Assembly (NCBI GenBank): GCA_947631035.1
Contig: CANRJW010000030.1
Span: 1-15,577 of the forward strand
Direction of reading: 5' to 3'
Origin: an uncultured Bacilli bacterium
Lineage (GTDB): Bacteria; Bacillota_I; Bacilli_A; RF39; UBA660
DNA length: 15,577 nucleotides
Shown here: piece by piece, positions 5,208 to 12,941 of the stretch
Layout of the letters: each line of letters begins with the position of its first letter
How positions within the stretch are numbered: the first letter of the stretch is position 1
Program-made: the position numbers and the translations under genes
The notes under the pieces: model-generated
Told to the model about the DNA's origin: nothing
Seen by the model: the letters and a program-made list of their open reading frames with translations, nothing else
The model's database searches: none

Positions 5208-7367
5208 TTATTCCTCGTCATCTTTGTTATCAATGTGAATAACTCTTTCTTTAATTTCTTGGGTTCTTCCTTTATTCCAGAAGTTTGCTCCAATATAACC
5301 ACATGTACGTCTTGCTACATTCATTTTGTCATGGTCTCTATTTCCACAATTTGGGCAATACCACTCAAGGTTATCGTCGATTAAAATTTCTCCGGTGTAA
5401 CCACATTCATGGCAATAATCCAATTTGGTATTTAATTCCGCATACATAATATTATCATAAATAAACTTAATAACTTCTATAACTGCATTCAAGTTGTTGC
5501 TTAAATTTGGGGTTTCAATATAAGAAATAGCACCACCTGGACTTAAGTTTTGGAATTCAGCTTCTAATTTTAATTTGGTAAAAGCATCAATTTCTTCAAA
5601 AACTGGAACATGATAACTATTGGTAATATAGTCTCGGTCTGTAATGCCTTTAATAACACCAAAACGTTCTCTTAAAGCTTTCGCAAATTTATAAGTTGTG
5701 GATTCAATTGGGGTACCATAAACACTATAATCGATATCCTCTTCTTCTTTCCATTTTTTACAAGCATCATTTAAGTGTCTCATGACTTCTAGACCAAATT
5801 CCTTACCTACACCATTATCCGTATGACTATGTCCAGTCATAAATTTAACGCATTCATATAGACCGGCATATCCTAAAGAAATCGTTGAGTAACCATGGTG
5901 CAATAATTCGTGAATAGACTCTCCTTTTTTTAGTCTGGCAAGAGCTCCGTATTGCCAAAGAATTGGGGCAACATCACTTGTTGCTTTACTAAGTCTTTTA
6001 TGACGAATTTGTAAAGCACGGTGGCAAAGTTCTAGTCTTTCGTCAAAGACTTTCCAGAACAAATCCATATCTTTATCACTTGTTAAGGCAACATCTACTA
6101 AGTTAATCGTCACAACTCCTTGATTGAAACGTCCATAATATTTTGGTTTTCCATTTTCATCAACATACGGAGTCAAGAAGCTTCGACATCCCATACAAGG
6201 ATAGCAGTTTCCATTACCATTTTTATCAATTTTTAATTGTTTCATAATTTTTTCAGAAATATAGTCTGGTACCATACGTTTTGCAGTACATTCTGCGGCA
6301 AGTTTTGTTAAATACCAGTATTTGCTATTTTCATGAATATTGTCTTCTTCTAGAACGTATAAAAGTTTTGGGAAAGCTGGTGTAATATAAACGCCTTTTT
6401 CGTTTTTCATTCCTTCAATTCTTTGTTTTAAAACTTCTTCAATAATCATGGCAAGTTCTTCTTTGTATTCTTCTGTTTCTCCTAAATACATGCAAACACT
6501 TAAAAAAGGAGCTTGACCATTTGTTGTCGTCATCGAATTAATTTGATATTGGAATGTTTGAACACCATCTGTAATTTCTTTTGCTAAATCTTCTTTAGCA
6601 TATTTTTCACAATCTTCTTTAGAAAATTTACGTTTTTTGTACTTTTCTAAATATTTTTTATAACTATCTCTTACGAAAGGGGCTAAATGCGTAAGGGTGA
6701 TTGTGCATCCGCCATATTGGCTCGAATTGACTGCGGTGATTAATTGGGTTGCAATGGTCATGGCAGTCAAAAAGCGATGCGGTTTTTCAATCATAACACC
6801 ATTAATGTTGGTTCCATTTTGAAGCATATCTTCTAAGTTAATTAAATCACAATTGTGTAGGGCATTTTGGGCAAAATAATCGGCATCATGAAAATGAATA
6901 ATTCCTTCATCATGAGCACGAACAATATCTTCTGGAAGTAAAAATCTTCTGGTAATATCGGTACTCGTAATACCTGCTAAATAATCTCTTTGGGTTGTAA
7001 CAACTTTAGCATTTTTATTGGAATTTTCAGTATTCCAATACTCGTTTTCTCCATCGATTAATTCCTTTATGGCTAAATCAGTGGTATTGCTTTTTCTTAC
7101 CAATTCTCTTGTATAACGATAGGTAATATATTTTTTGGCAAGTTCATATTTTCCAATTGCCATTAACTTTTTTTCAATAATATCTTGAATGTCTTCCACA
7201 AGCATTCTTTTCTTACCTAAATTTTCAATATACTTAATAATATTTTTAATTTGCGTACTACTTGCTTGCTCTTCTTCCTCAACTTCTTTGTTTGCTTTCA
7301 TAATTGCATTCTCGATTTTTTCTGGGCTATAATCAACCATATGGCCATCTCTTTTAATAATTTTCAT
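5208..7367 (-). CDS. nrdD: Anaerobic ribonucleoside-triphosphate reductase (class III)
   Basis: N-terminal ATP-cone (MKIIKRDGHMVDYSPEKI), a C-terminal Zn ribbon (CHECGY...CPNCG) and the glycyl-radical motif RRTCGYIG. I place the start at ATG 7367 after AAGGAG. The tracked start at 7448 runs through the promoter region. Confidence 0.96.
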   Translation of the reverse strand: MKIIKRDGHMVDYSPEKIENAIMKANKEVEEEEQASSTQIKNIIKYIENLGKKRMLVEDIQDIIEKKLMAIGKYELAKKYITYRYTRELVRKSNTTDLAIKELIDGENEYWNTENSNKNAKVVTTQRDYLAGITSTDITRRFLLPEDIVRAHDEGIIHFHDADYFAQNALHNCDLINLEDMLQNGTNINGVMIEKPHRFLTAMTIATQLITAVNSSQYGGCTITLTHLAPFVRDSYKKYLEKYKKRKFSKEDCEKYAKEDLAKEITDGVQTFQYQINSMTTTNGQAPFLSVCMYLGETEEYKEELAMIIEEVLKQRIEGMKNEKGVYITPAFPKLLYVLEEDNIHENSKYWYLTKLAAECTAKRMVPDYISEKIMKQLKIDKNGNGNCYPCMGCRSFLTPYVDENGKPKYYGRFNQGVVTINLVDVALTSDKDMDLFWKVFDERLELCHRALQIRHKRLSKATSDVAPILWQYGALARLKKGESIHELLHHGYSTISLGYAGLYECVKFMTGHSHTDNGVGKEFGLEVMRHLNDACKKWKEEEDIDYSVYGTPIESTTYKFAKALRERFGVIKGITDRDYITNSYHVPVFEEIDAFTKLKLEAEFQNLSPGGAISYIETPNLSNNLNAVIEVIKFIYDNIMYAELNTKLDYCHECGYTGEILIDDNLEWYCPNCGNRDHDKMNVARRTCGYIGANFWNKGRTQEIKERVIHIDNKDDEE

Positions 7368-7396
7368 ACTACTTACACTCCTTCTACCATACCCAA

Positions 7397-7405
7397 AGTA
7401 TAGCA
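7397..7405 (-). promoter_or_regulatory. Extended -10 element (TGcTATACT) of the predicted nrdDG promoter
   Basis: The minus strand reads TGCTATACT at 7405..7397. There is no good -35, consistent with an activator-dependent promoter. Confidence 0.45.
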
Positions 7406-7423
7406 CCACCCAAATCTTTTTAA

Positions 7424-7441
7424 ATGTTGCATTTGCAACAT
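7424..7441. promoter_or_regulatory. Perfect inverted repeat ATGTTGCA-TT-TGCAACAT (CRP-format TGTTG-N6-CAACA); candidate Crp/Fnr operator shared by divergent promoters
   Basis: The 8-bp arms are exact complements. The repeat is centred about 42.5 nt upstream of the predicted nrdD TSS. Its right arm overlaps the -35 (TTGCAA, 7433-7438) of the regulator promoter. Confidence 0.5.
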
Positions 7442-7461
7442 TTTGCATTTTTTTGTATAAT
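7433..7461 (+). promoter_or_regulatory. Promoter of the Crp/Fnr regulator gene
   Basis: TTGCAA (7433-7438), a 17-nt spacer, then TATAAT (7456-7461). The SD GAGGTGG follows at 7470-7476. Confidence 0.5.
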
Positions 7462-7479
7462 TATTTTGTGAGGTGGAAA

Positions 7480-8145
7480 ATGGTAAAACTTTTTGACGGC
7501 ATAAATCCTAGAAATCGTGAAAAATTAGAAAAAATTTTTGAGACACAAACTTTACATGTCAAAAAAAATACATCTATTTTAAAATCGATTCACGGGGATA
7601 ATTTAATTGGCTATGTTTTAAATGGTTACTTAGAAATAATCAAAAACGATTCCAATGGAAATAAAACTATTTTTGAAGAAATTTATGATGAAGACACTTT
7701 TAATACTTCTCTTTTAACTTTCAATCGTGGTGAATATGACATTCTAGCTAAAGAAGATTCTTCTATTTTATTAATTGACTATGAAAGTATTATCGAAGAA
7801 AAAGAAATTACCAAAGATTATTATTTGCAATTTATCAAAAATTTACTGGAAATTACCATTGCCAAAGGAAAAGAAAAAAATGAACGCATTGAAATACTAA
7901 CGAAGAAAACGATTCGCAATCGGCTTTTGGAGTATTTTAGTATTGCCTCTAATAAGCATGGTTCAAAATTTATTTATCTTCCTTTTAATTTTACCGATTT
8001 GGCAGATTATTTAGCCATTGATCGTTGTGCTATGACTCGTGAACTTAAAAATTTAAAGGAAGAAGGTTTTATTGAAATCAAAGGAAAAAGAATAACTCTT
8101 CTTTATGAAAAATATTCTTCTTCTGACCCTTTAATCAACATTTAA
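7480..8145 (+). CDS. Crp/Fnr family transcriptional regulator
   Basis: An N-terminal cNMP-binding-like beta-barrel and a C-terminal HTH (FTDLADYLAIDRCAMTRELKNLKEEGFI). ATG 7480 follows GAGGTGG. The tracked TTG start at 7453 lies inside the promoter. Confidence 0.88.
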   Translation: MVKLFDGINPRNREKLEKIFETQTLHVKKNTSILKSIHGDNLIGYVLNGYLEIIKNDSNGNKTIFEEIYDEDTFNTSLLTFNRGEYDILAKEDSSILLIDYESIIEEKEITKDYYLQFIKNLLEITIAKGKEKNERIEILTKKTIRNRLLEYFSIASNKHGSKFIYLPFNFTDLADYLAIDRCAMTRELKNLKEEGFIEIKGKRITLLYEKYSSSDPLINI

Positions 8146-8320
8146 TTTTTTCTTAACGAACGGACCAATTGCTCTACATTTTTATATTCTAAAAGCATCT
8201 TTGAAAAAGCATAAGCAATCGAAGCATTACGACTACCACTTAAACAAAAGGAAAAAAATCGAAATAAAAAATAATTCTTAAAATATCAAACAAGAGTAAT
8301 TTTGAGAGTAAAAATATTAA

Positions 8321-8343
8321 AATCCCTTCATTTAAAAGGGATT
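8321..8343 (-). terminator. Hairpin terminator downstream of tRNA-Glu
   Basis: AATCCCTT (8321-8328) pairs with AAGGGATT (8336-8343) around a 7-nt loop. On the minus strand it is followed by TTAATATTTTT. Confidence 0.5.
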
Positions 8344-8355
8344 CATAAACATAAT

Positions 8356-8432
8356 TGGTAGCCTGTACGGGTTTCGAACCCGTGAATACCACCTTGAGAG
8401 GGTGGCGTGTTAAACCCCTTCACCAACAGGCC
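8356..8432 (-). tRNA. tRNA-Glu, anticodon CUC, CCA encoded
   Basis: A 77-nt cloverleaf folded by hand: acceptor GGCCTGT/ACAGGCT (G1-U72 wobble), anticodon stem CCACC/GGTGG with loop CTCTCAA, and T-arm ACGGG-TTCGAAA-CCCGT. The overall sequence closely resembles Firmicutes tRNA-Glu. Confidence 0.88.
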
Positions 8433-8462
8433 AAGAAAAAGTGTTCCATTTTTTGGTAACAC
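8433..8462 (-). terminator. Terminator after the phosphodiester glycosidase gene, directly abutting the tRNA 5' end
   Basis: The minus strand reads GTGTTACCA-AAAAA-TGGAACAC (8 bp with one bulge) followed by TTTTTCTT. That T-run ends at 8433, one nt before tRNA position 1. Confidence 0.5.
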
Positions 8463-8484
8463 TATTAGTCTATCATAAAATTTT

Positions 8485-9780
8485 TTATTTGACAATAAAA
8501 GAACTTACAATCGGTCTTGTCACATGAGACCCGCTTCCATTTACAATGTCATTGATATAGCAATACTCTTTCAGACAATGACTTTTCATCTCTTTTTCCG
8601 TAATGTATTTGCTAGCTTCACTTTTAGGCAAAACTAAAACCGTAGAAGTTCCACCATCTAAATTGGCAGCATTGATAGCACCATAATTTTCTAAAACATT
8701 CGTTAAATCAAGCATAGTTGCTCCTGGAACTGTTACTTTTCTACCATCAAGAACTAAAAGCAAAACAATTCCATCTTCTCTTTGACCAATGGCAGTTCTA
8801 GGGGCATTTCCCCAACCTCCATTTCCTTTAATAATACTTCTTTTTCCGTTCACGATTAAAAATGGTCCAAAAGTAACAGCATCGCGAACCTTTTTTTCTT
8901 TGGCTTCTTTAGCACTCATCTTACCTAAAATCAACTTGTTATCTTCTGTAAAACCAATAAGTCCACCTGAACGATCATAGCCTTTATCAGATAGAACTTC
9001 GCCGTTTTGAATTAAAACCCCTTCAGGAGTTCCCCCACTTCCTTTTTTATTTGGGTCCGAAAATCCTCCTCCATTTACTGCTATTAATGCTTGATAATTT
9101 GCAGCCATTTCTGTGACATATTCTCCGCGGTTTCCTAAATACTTGGTGGTAGCAACCGCTATTCTAGATGGGTCATAAACGACCGCCATATATCCTTCAT
9201 AATTTTTACCAGAAATCGGAATAATTTTATAATCTGCATGAATGTCGTCTACTGTAAAAATTTCTTTTTCGTATTCATTTTCATAATGATCTTTATTAAA
9301 ATTTTTTCGTATTTCAATTAAATCCAAGTTGGTTTCTTCATCGATTTCAAATATTTGATTCTCCTCTAATACTTTTTTTATTTCTTCTTTACTATAAAAC
9401 CAAGTTGCAAGATAGCGATGGTTCATTGTAGTCATAGCAGAAGGTATCAAAAAAGAACGAAAACCTCCCCAAGGGCCATATAGGAAAAATAAAAATGTAC
9501 TGGCTCCCAATATTTCGAACCCCACAATGATTGAAAATACGATTTTTTTCTTTTTTGATATTTTTTTATCCTTTTCTTCTTTTTTGCTTTTAAACAAAAG
9601 AACAATTCCTAAAATTAAAAAAGAAAGTGCTATAAAACTCATTAAAAATAAAATATAATGTACCCACTTCACAACCAGTTCATGACTATGAAAACCAATC
9701 ATTAAAAATACCAATAAAACTGGTATTAAAATACTTGTAATGGTTACCAAAATACACCCTTTTTTATATTTTTCTTTCAT
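8485..9780 (-). CDS. Membrane-anchored phosphodiester glycosidase family protein (DUF2233/NAGPA-like)
   Basis: N-terminal TM helices, then GGGF, PRTAIGQREDG..LLLVLDGR and NLDGGTSTVL motifs. ATG 9780 follows AAGGA. The tracked start at 9789 is a TTG. Confidence 0.8.
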   Translation of the reverse strand: MKEKYKKGCILVTITSILIPVLLVFLMIGFHSHELVVKWVHYILFLMSFIALSFLILGIVLLFKSKKEEKDKKISKKKKIVFSIIVGFEILGASTFLFFLYGPWGGFRSFLIPSAMTTMNHRYLATWFYSKEEIKKVLEENQIFEIDEETNLDLIEIRKNFNKDHYENEYEKEIFTVDDIHADYKIIPISGKNYEGYMAVVYDPSRIAVATTKYLGNRGEYVTEMAANYQALIAVNGGGFSDPNKKGSGGTPEGVLIQNGEVLSDKGYDRSGGLIGFTEDNKLILGKMSAKEAKEKKVRDAVTFGPFLIVNGKRSIIKGNGGWGNAPRTAIGQREDGIVLLLVLDGRKVTVPGATMLDLTNVLENYGAINAANLDGGTSTVLVLPKSEASKYITEKEMKSHCLKEYCYINDIVNGSGSHVTRPIVSSFIVK

Positions 9781-9854
9781 AAATTTCAATCCTTTACATT
9801 CTTATTAATTTCATCATACCATATTCCATTTTAAAAGAAAATAAATATAGAGTC

Positions 9855-11243
9855 TTACGCAATATCAAACAAATAGTAAGTTTCATAAGGTTTATTATTA
9901 TAAATATCTATTTTATCCCCATTATAAGCGTATAGTTTATGATCATAAACCATTAAATGTTCAAATTTATAAGCCACTATACCTTTATTATTTTTGGTAG
10001 TATCTCTTGTTCCATCATAAGAAACAAGAAACTTTCTTTCTTTCGTATATTCTAAGTCTGTAATTAAAACATTTCCTAATTCATTTGTCTTTACAATACG
10101 TAAGGTACTCGCACGCCCACTCCCTACATTTTCCATAAAACGGTCATAAGCACTCGCATTATATACTTTGTTTTCGGTAATAACATAATTACCATCTTTT
10201 TTGGCATCTTCTAAAGAAAAATCATTGGGAAGTAAATCCAGTTTTTTAAATTTTGTATCAATATCACAAGAATTACCATTACCATATTGTAGTGTCATTT
10301 CATTAAATAAAATGCCTCTTTTTACACTATATTCTGTTATCGTATAGTTTTCACTAGAATTGTAGTAAAAAGTCTTTCCATCGCAATTCAGAACTTCATA
10401 ATTTTTAAGAATGGCTTGCATATCCTTTTTTAAGGACCATACACTTCTTGGAGAACTAAAAATGGCTGTATAGCTACAACATTCTTCTTGTAACTTTAAA
10501 AATTTAGGCATCTCTAATTTCTTATTCGAAGCTCCTGATAAATAAGTGCTCTTTCCATAAGGAATCATAAGAAGAATCGCCAAAACCAAACATAGGATAG
10601 AGAAAAAAATTAGTCTTCGTCTTTTTACATTAAACTCTTTGATTTTTGCTTTTTCGATTTTTAAATTTTCTTGATTCTTTTTAGGGGGATTTGGTGTTTT
10701 CTTTGGCGTTTTCTTTGTATTTTTCTTGAGAATATTCTTTCCAAAGGCCATCACTTTTTCTTTCCATGTTGTTGTTTTTTTGGTGATTTTCTTTTTTCCG
10801 GTTTTCGTTCCCGTAATAATTTTAATTGGCTCTTCTTTTTTGAAAATTTCTTTGTTTAGCGTTGTTGCAATTTCTTTTTTAGGAGTAATTTTTACATTTT
10901 GGGTCTTGTTTTTCGTGGTGTTTTTTTTGGCGTTAGAGGATTTAGATGGTGTATGGGTGGCACTTTTTAGGTTAGATGATGTCTTTTTTTTCGTTTGCGT
11001 ACTTGTTTTAGGTACTGTTTTTTGGGAATTGGATGTGGTTTTCTTTTTAGAAGTTACTTCTTGTTTTTTAGAAGTCGTATTTGTTTTTTTTGCTTTTAAG
11101 GCATCTTCTTTTTTTACAGGAGAAACCATTTTTTTGTTTGTGGTTGATTGACTTACCTTTTTTGTTTTCCCATTTGTTTTTGCGGTTGTTGTCTTTTTTG
11201 GTGCACTTGTTTTTCTCGTCGTCGTTTTCTTCTTTTCTGCCAT
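9855..11243 (-). CDS. Single-pass membrane protein: a ~210-aa Lys/Thr-rich polycationic N-terminal tail, a TM helix, and an extracytoplasmic DUF4362-like domain
   Basis: Tail MAEKKKTTTRKTSAPKKTTT..., then KRRR-LIFFSILCLVLAILLMIPY (about residues 211-229). The C-terminal segment NYVITENKVYNASAYDRFMENVGSGRASTLRIVKTNELGNVLITDLEY resembles DUF4362. AGAGGG SD. Confidence 0.7.
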   Translation of the reverse strand: MAEKKKTTTRKTSAPKKTTTAKTNGKTKKVSQSTTNKKMVSPVKKEDALKAKKTNTTSKKQEVTSKKKTTSNSQKTVPKTSTQTKKKTSSNLKSATHTPSKSSNAKKNTTKNKTQNVKITPKKEIATTLNKEIFKKEEPIKIITGTKTGKKKITKKTTTWKEKVMAFGKNILKKNTKKTPKKTPNPPKKNQENLKIEKAKIKEFNVKRRRLIFFSILCLVLAILLMIPYGKSTYLSGASNKKLEMPKFLKLQEECCSYTAIFSSPRSVWSLKKDMQAILKNYEVLNCDGKTFYYNSSENYTITEYSVKRGILFNEMTLQYGNGNSCDIDTKFKKLDLLPNDFSLEDAKKDGNYVITENKVYNASAYDRFMENVGSGRASTLRIVKTNELGNVLITDLEYTKERKFLVSYDGTRDTTKNNKGIVAYKFEHLMVYDHKLYAYNGDKIDIYNNKPYETYYLFDIA

Positions 11244-11288
11244 CTTTTAAACCCTCTTTTCTTACAAGTTATTATAAAAAAAAGAAGC

Positions 11289-12941
11289 TTATTTTGCAAT
11301 CATTTTGTCGAATCTTGTCAAAACTTTTTCGCTTCCTAAAATTTGCATGATACTGTATAAATCTGGTGTAGTTGTAAGAGAGGTTAAAGTAAGACGAATG
11401 ATGTTGGTGACATCCACAATGCTTCCTTTATAAGGGGTTGGGTCTTCCTTATATTCTTTCATGTTTGTCGCATAGCCTAAGTTTTCACACATCTCTTTTA
11501 TTTTATTAAACCACTCTTCTTGAGTATCCTTCTCGTTATAAAGACTCTTGTACGTTGTTAAAATCTTTTTTACTTCTTCTACATCATATTCTAAAAAATC
11601 AATTTTAGAACTATCAAAGTATTCGTCATACATATACCAAGTTTTTTCTTTGATTTCCCCAAAATATGTATAGTCTTTACGAGGTTTCTTTTGTTCTCTT
11701 TCAATATTATAGATAGCCATAGAATATTCTTTGTATTTGGTTAAGAGTTCGTAAAATTCTGAATCGTATTTTTGACTCCAAGAAAGAACGCCTTCATAAA
11801 CTTCTTCTTTGGTTAAACGACTGATATAGTTTTTAGAAATATTGTCTAGTTTATCTAAATCGAATAAAGCTCCACTTGCACTCATCTTTTTGGGCGAAAA
11901 AGGAAATTCGGTGAAACTAGAGGTAGGATGTCCTTCTCTCCAGGCTTCGTAATTAGAGTTGGCAATCGTCATAATGGCTTCAATTAAAGCATAAGCAGGA
12001 TACCCTTTTTCTTCATAGTAACTCATTCGGGCTTCCGGATCCAAACGTTTGGAAATTTTACGAACGCTATCCCCGTCCTTTTTTAGAATTAAAGGAATAT
12101 GAATGTATTTAGGCATTGGAAAGCCAAAGGTTTTAAATAATTCATAGTGAATTGGTACGGAACTTATCCACTCTTGACCACGAACAACATGGGTTGTGTG
12201 CATTAAATGATCATCTACCAAATGAGCAAAATGATAGGTTGGAAGTCCATCTTTACTTTTCATAATTGGAATGTCCAAATCATTTTCCGGTAGTTCCATT
12301 TCACCAAAGGCTAAATCATTAAATTTAAACTTACGATTAAAGTCTCCACTACTTTTTAAACGGATGGTGTAAGCTTCCCCATTTTTAATACGTTCTATGG
12401 CTTCTTCAACTGGTAAATCACGATATTTCGCGTATCTTCCATAAATACCAATTCTTCTTTTATCTCTAGCTTGCCCCTCACGAATAACATCTATTTCTTC
12501 TTGAGTTAGAAAACAAGGATAGGCTTTTCCTTCTTTAATCAAATGTTTAATGAAGGCTTGATAAATTTCTTTTCTTTCCGATTGAATGTAAGGAGCATAA
12601 ATACCTTTTGTCTCATTGGTATCGCGATATTCGTATTCGTCTGGTTCCATATGATAATGTTCTAAAATATGACGAATAAATTCCATCGCTCCTTCCACTT
12701 CCCGAGCGGTATCCGTATCTTCATTTCTTAAGTAAAAAATACCATTACTATTTTTCGCAAGTACATAAGAAATCGTAACTGCTAGGAAATTCCCAATATG
12801 CATAAATCCTGTAGGACTTGGGGCATATCTGGTTACTCTTGCATTCTCTTCTAAATTTCTTGCTGGATAGAGTTTTTCATAGTCTTCTACTGTTTTCGTT
12901 ATATTAGGAAATAAAAATTCTGCTAGGTCTTCTCTATTCAT
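11289..12941 (-). CDS. gltX: Glutamate--tRNA ligase, long (550 aa) form
   Basis: Bacterial GluRS signatures: RYAPSPTGFMHIGN (HIGH-type), LRNEDTD and KISKR (KMSKS-type). Confidence 0.88.
   Translation of the reverse strand: MNREDLAEFLFPNITKTVEDYEKLYPARNLEENARVTRYAPSPTGFMHIGNFLAVTISYVLAKNSNGIFYLRNEDTDTAREVEGAMEFIRHILEHYHMEPDEYEYRDTNETKGIYAPYIQSERKEIYQAFIKHLIKEGKAYPCFLTQEEIDVIREGQARDKRRIGIYGRYAKYRDLPVEEAIERIKNGEAYTIRLKSSGDFNRKFKFNDLAFGEMELPENDLDIPIMKSKDGLPTYHFAHLVDDHLMHTTHVVRGQEWISSVPIHYELFKTFGFPMPKYIHIPLILKKDGDSVRKISKRLDPEARMSYYEEKGYPAYALIEAIMTIANSNYEAWREGHPTSSFTEFPFSPKKMSASGALFDLDKLDNISKNYISRLTKEEVYEGVLSWSQKYDSEFYELLTKYKEYSMAIYNIEREQKKPRKDYTYFGEIKEKTWYMYDEYFDSSKIDFLEYDVEEVKKILTTYKSLYNEKDTQEEWFNKIKEMCENLGYATNMKEYKEDPTPYKGSIVDVTNIIRLTLTSLTTTPDLYSIMQILGSEKVLTRFDKMIAK

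Noticed and set aside
7368-7448. Longer N-termini in the ORF track: nrdD from 7448, the regulator from TTG 7453, Rpn from TTG 1061, and the glycosidase from TTG 9789.
   Set aside because: The extensions run through predicted promoter and operator sequence and add non-homologous residues ahead of conserved N-termini (for example the nrdD ATP-cone starting MKIIKRDG). Downstream starts have proper SD sites.
7368-7452. Expected NrdR boxes upstream of nrdD.
   Set aside because: I found no pair of 16-bp NrdR-type palindromes by eye. The only strong symmetry is the Crp/Fnr-format repeat reported above.
8142-8280. Stop-free minus-strand stretch (...SGSRNASIAYAFSKMLLEYKNVEQLVRSLRKN*) in the crp-tRNA intergenic region, with somewhat higher GC; possible remnant of a decayed gene.
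   Set aside because: It is only about 45 codons with no usable start codon except one giving 18 aa, and I recognise no motif. It cannot be distinguished from chance without a tblastn or blastx search.
10671-11350. Four plus-strand ORFs (10671..10859, 10726..11151, 11081..11350, 11148..11339) encoding Phe/Leu/Val-rich peptides.
   Set aside because: They are antisense to the Lys/Thr-rich low-complexity region of the 462-aa gene and to the gltX 3' end. The open frames result from the A/G-rich coding strand lacking complementary stop triplets. They have no SD and no plausible protein features.
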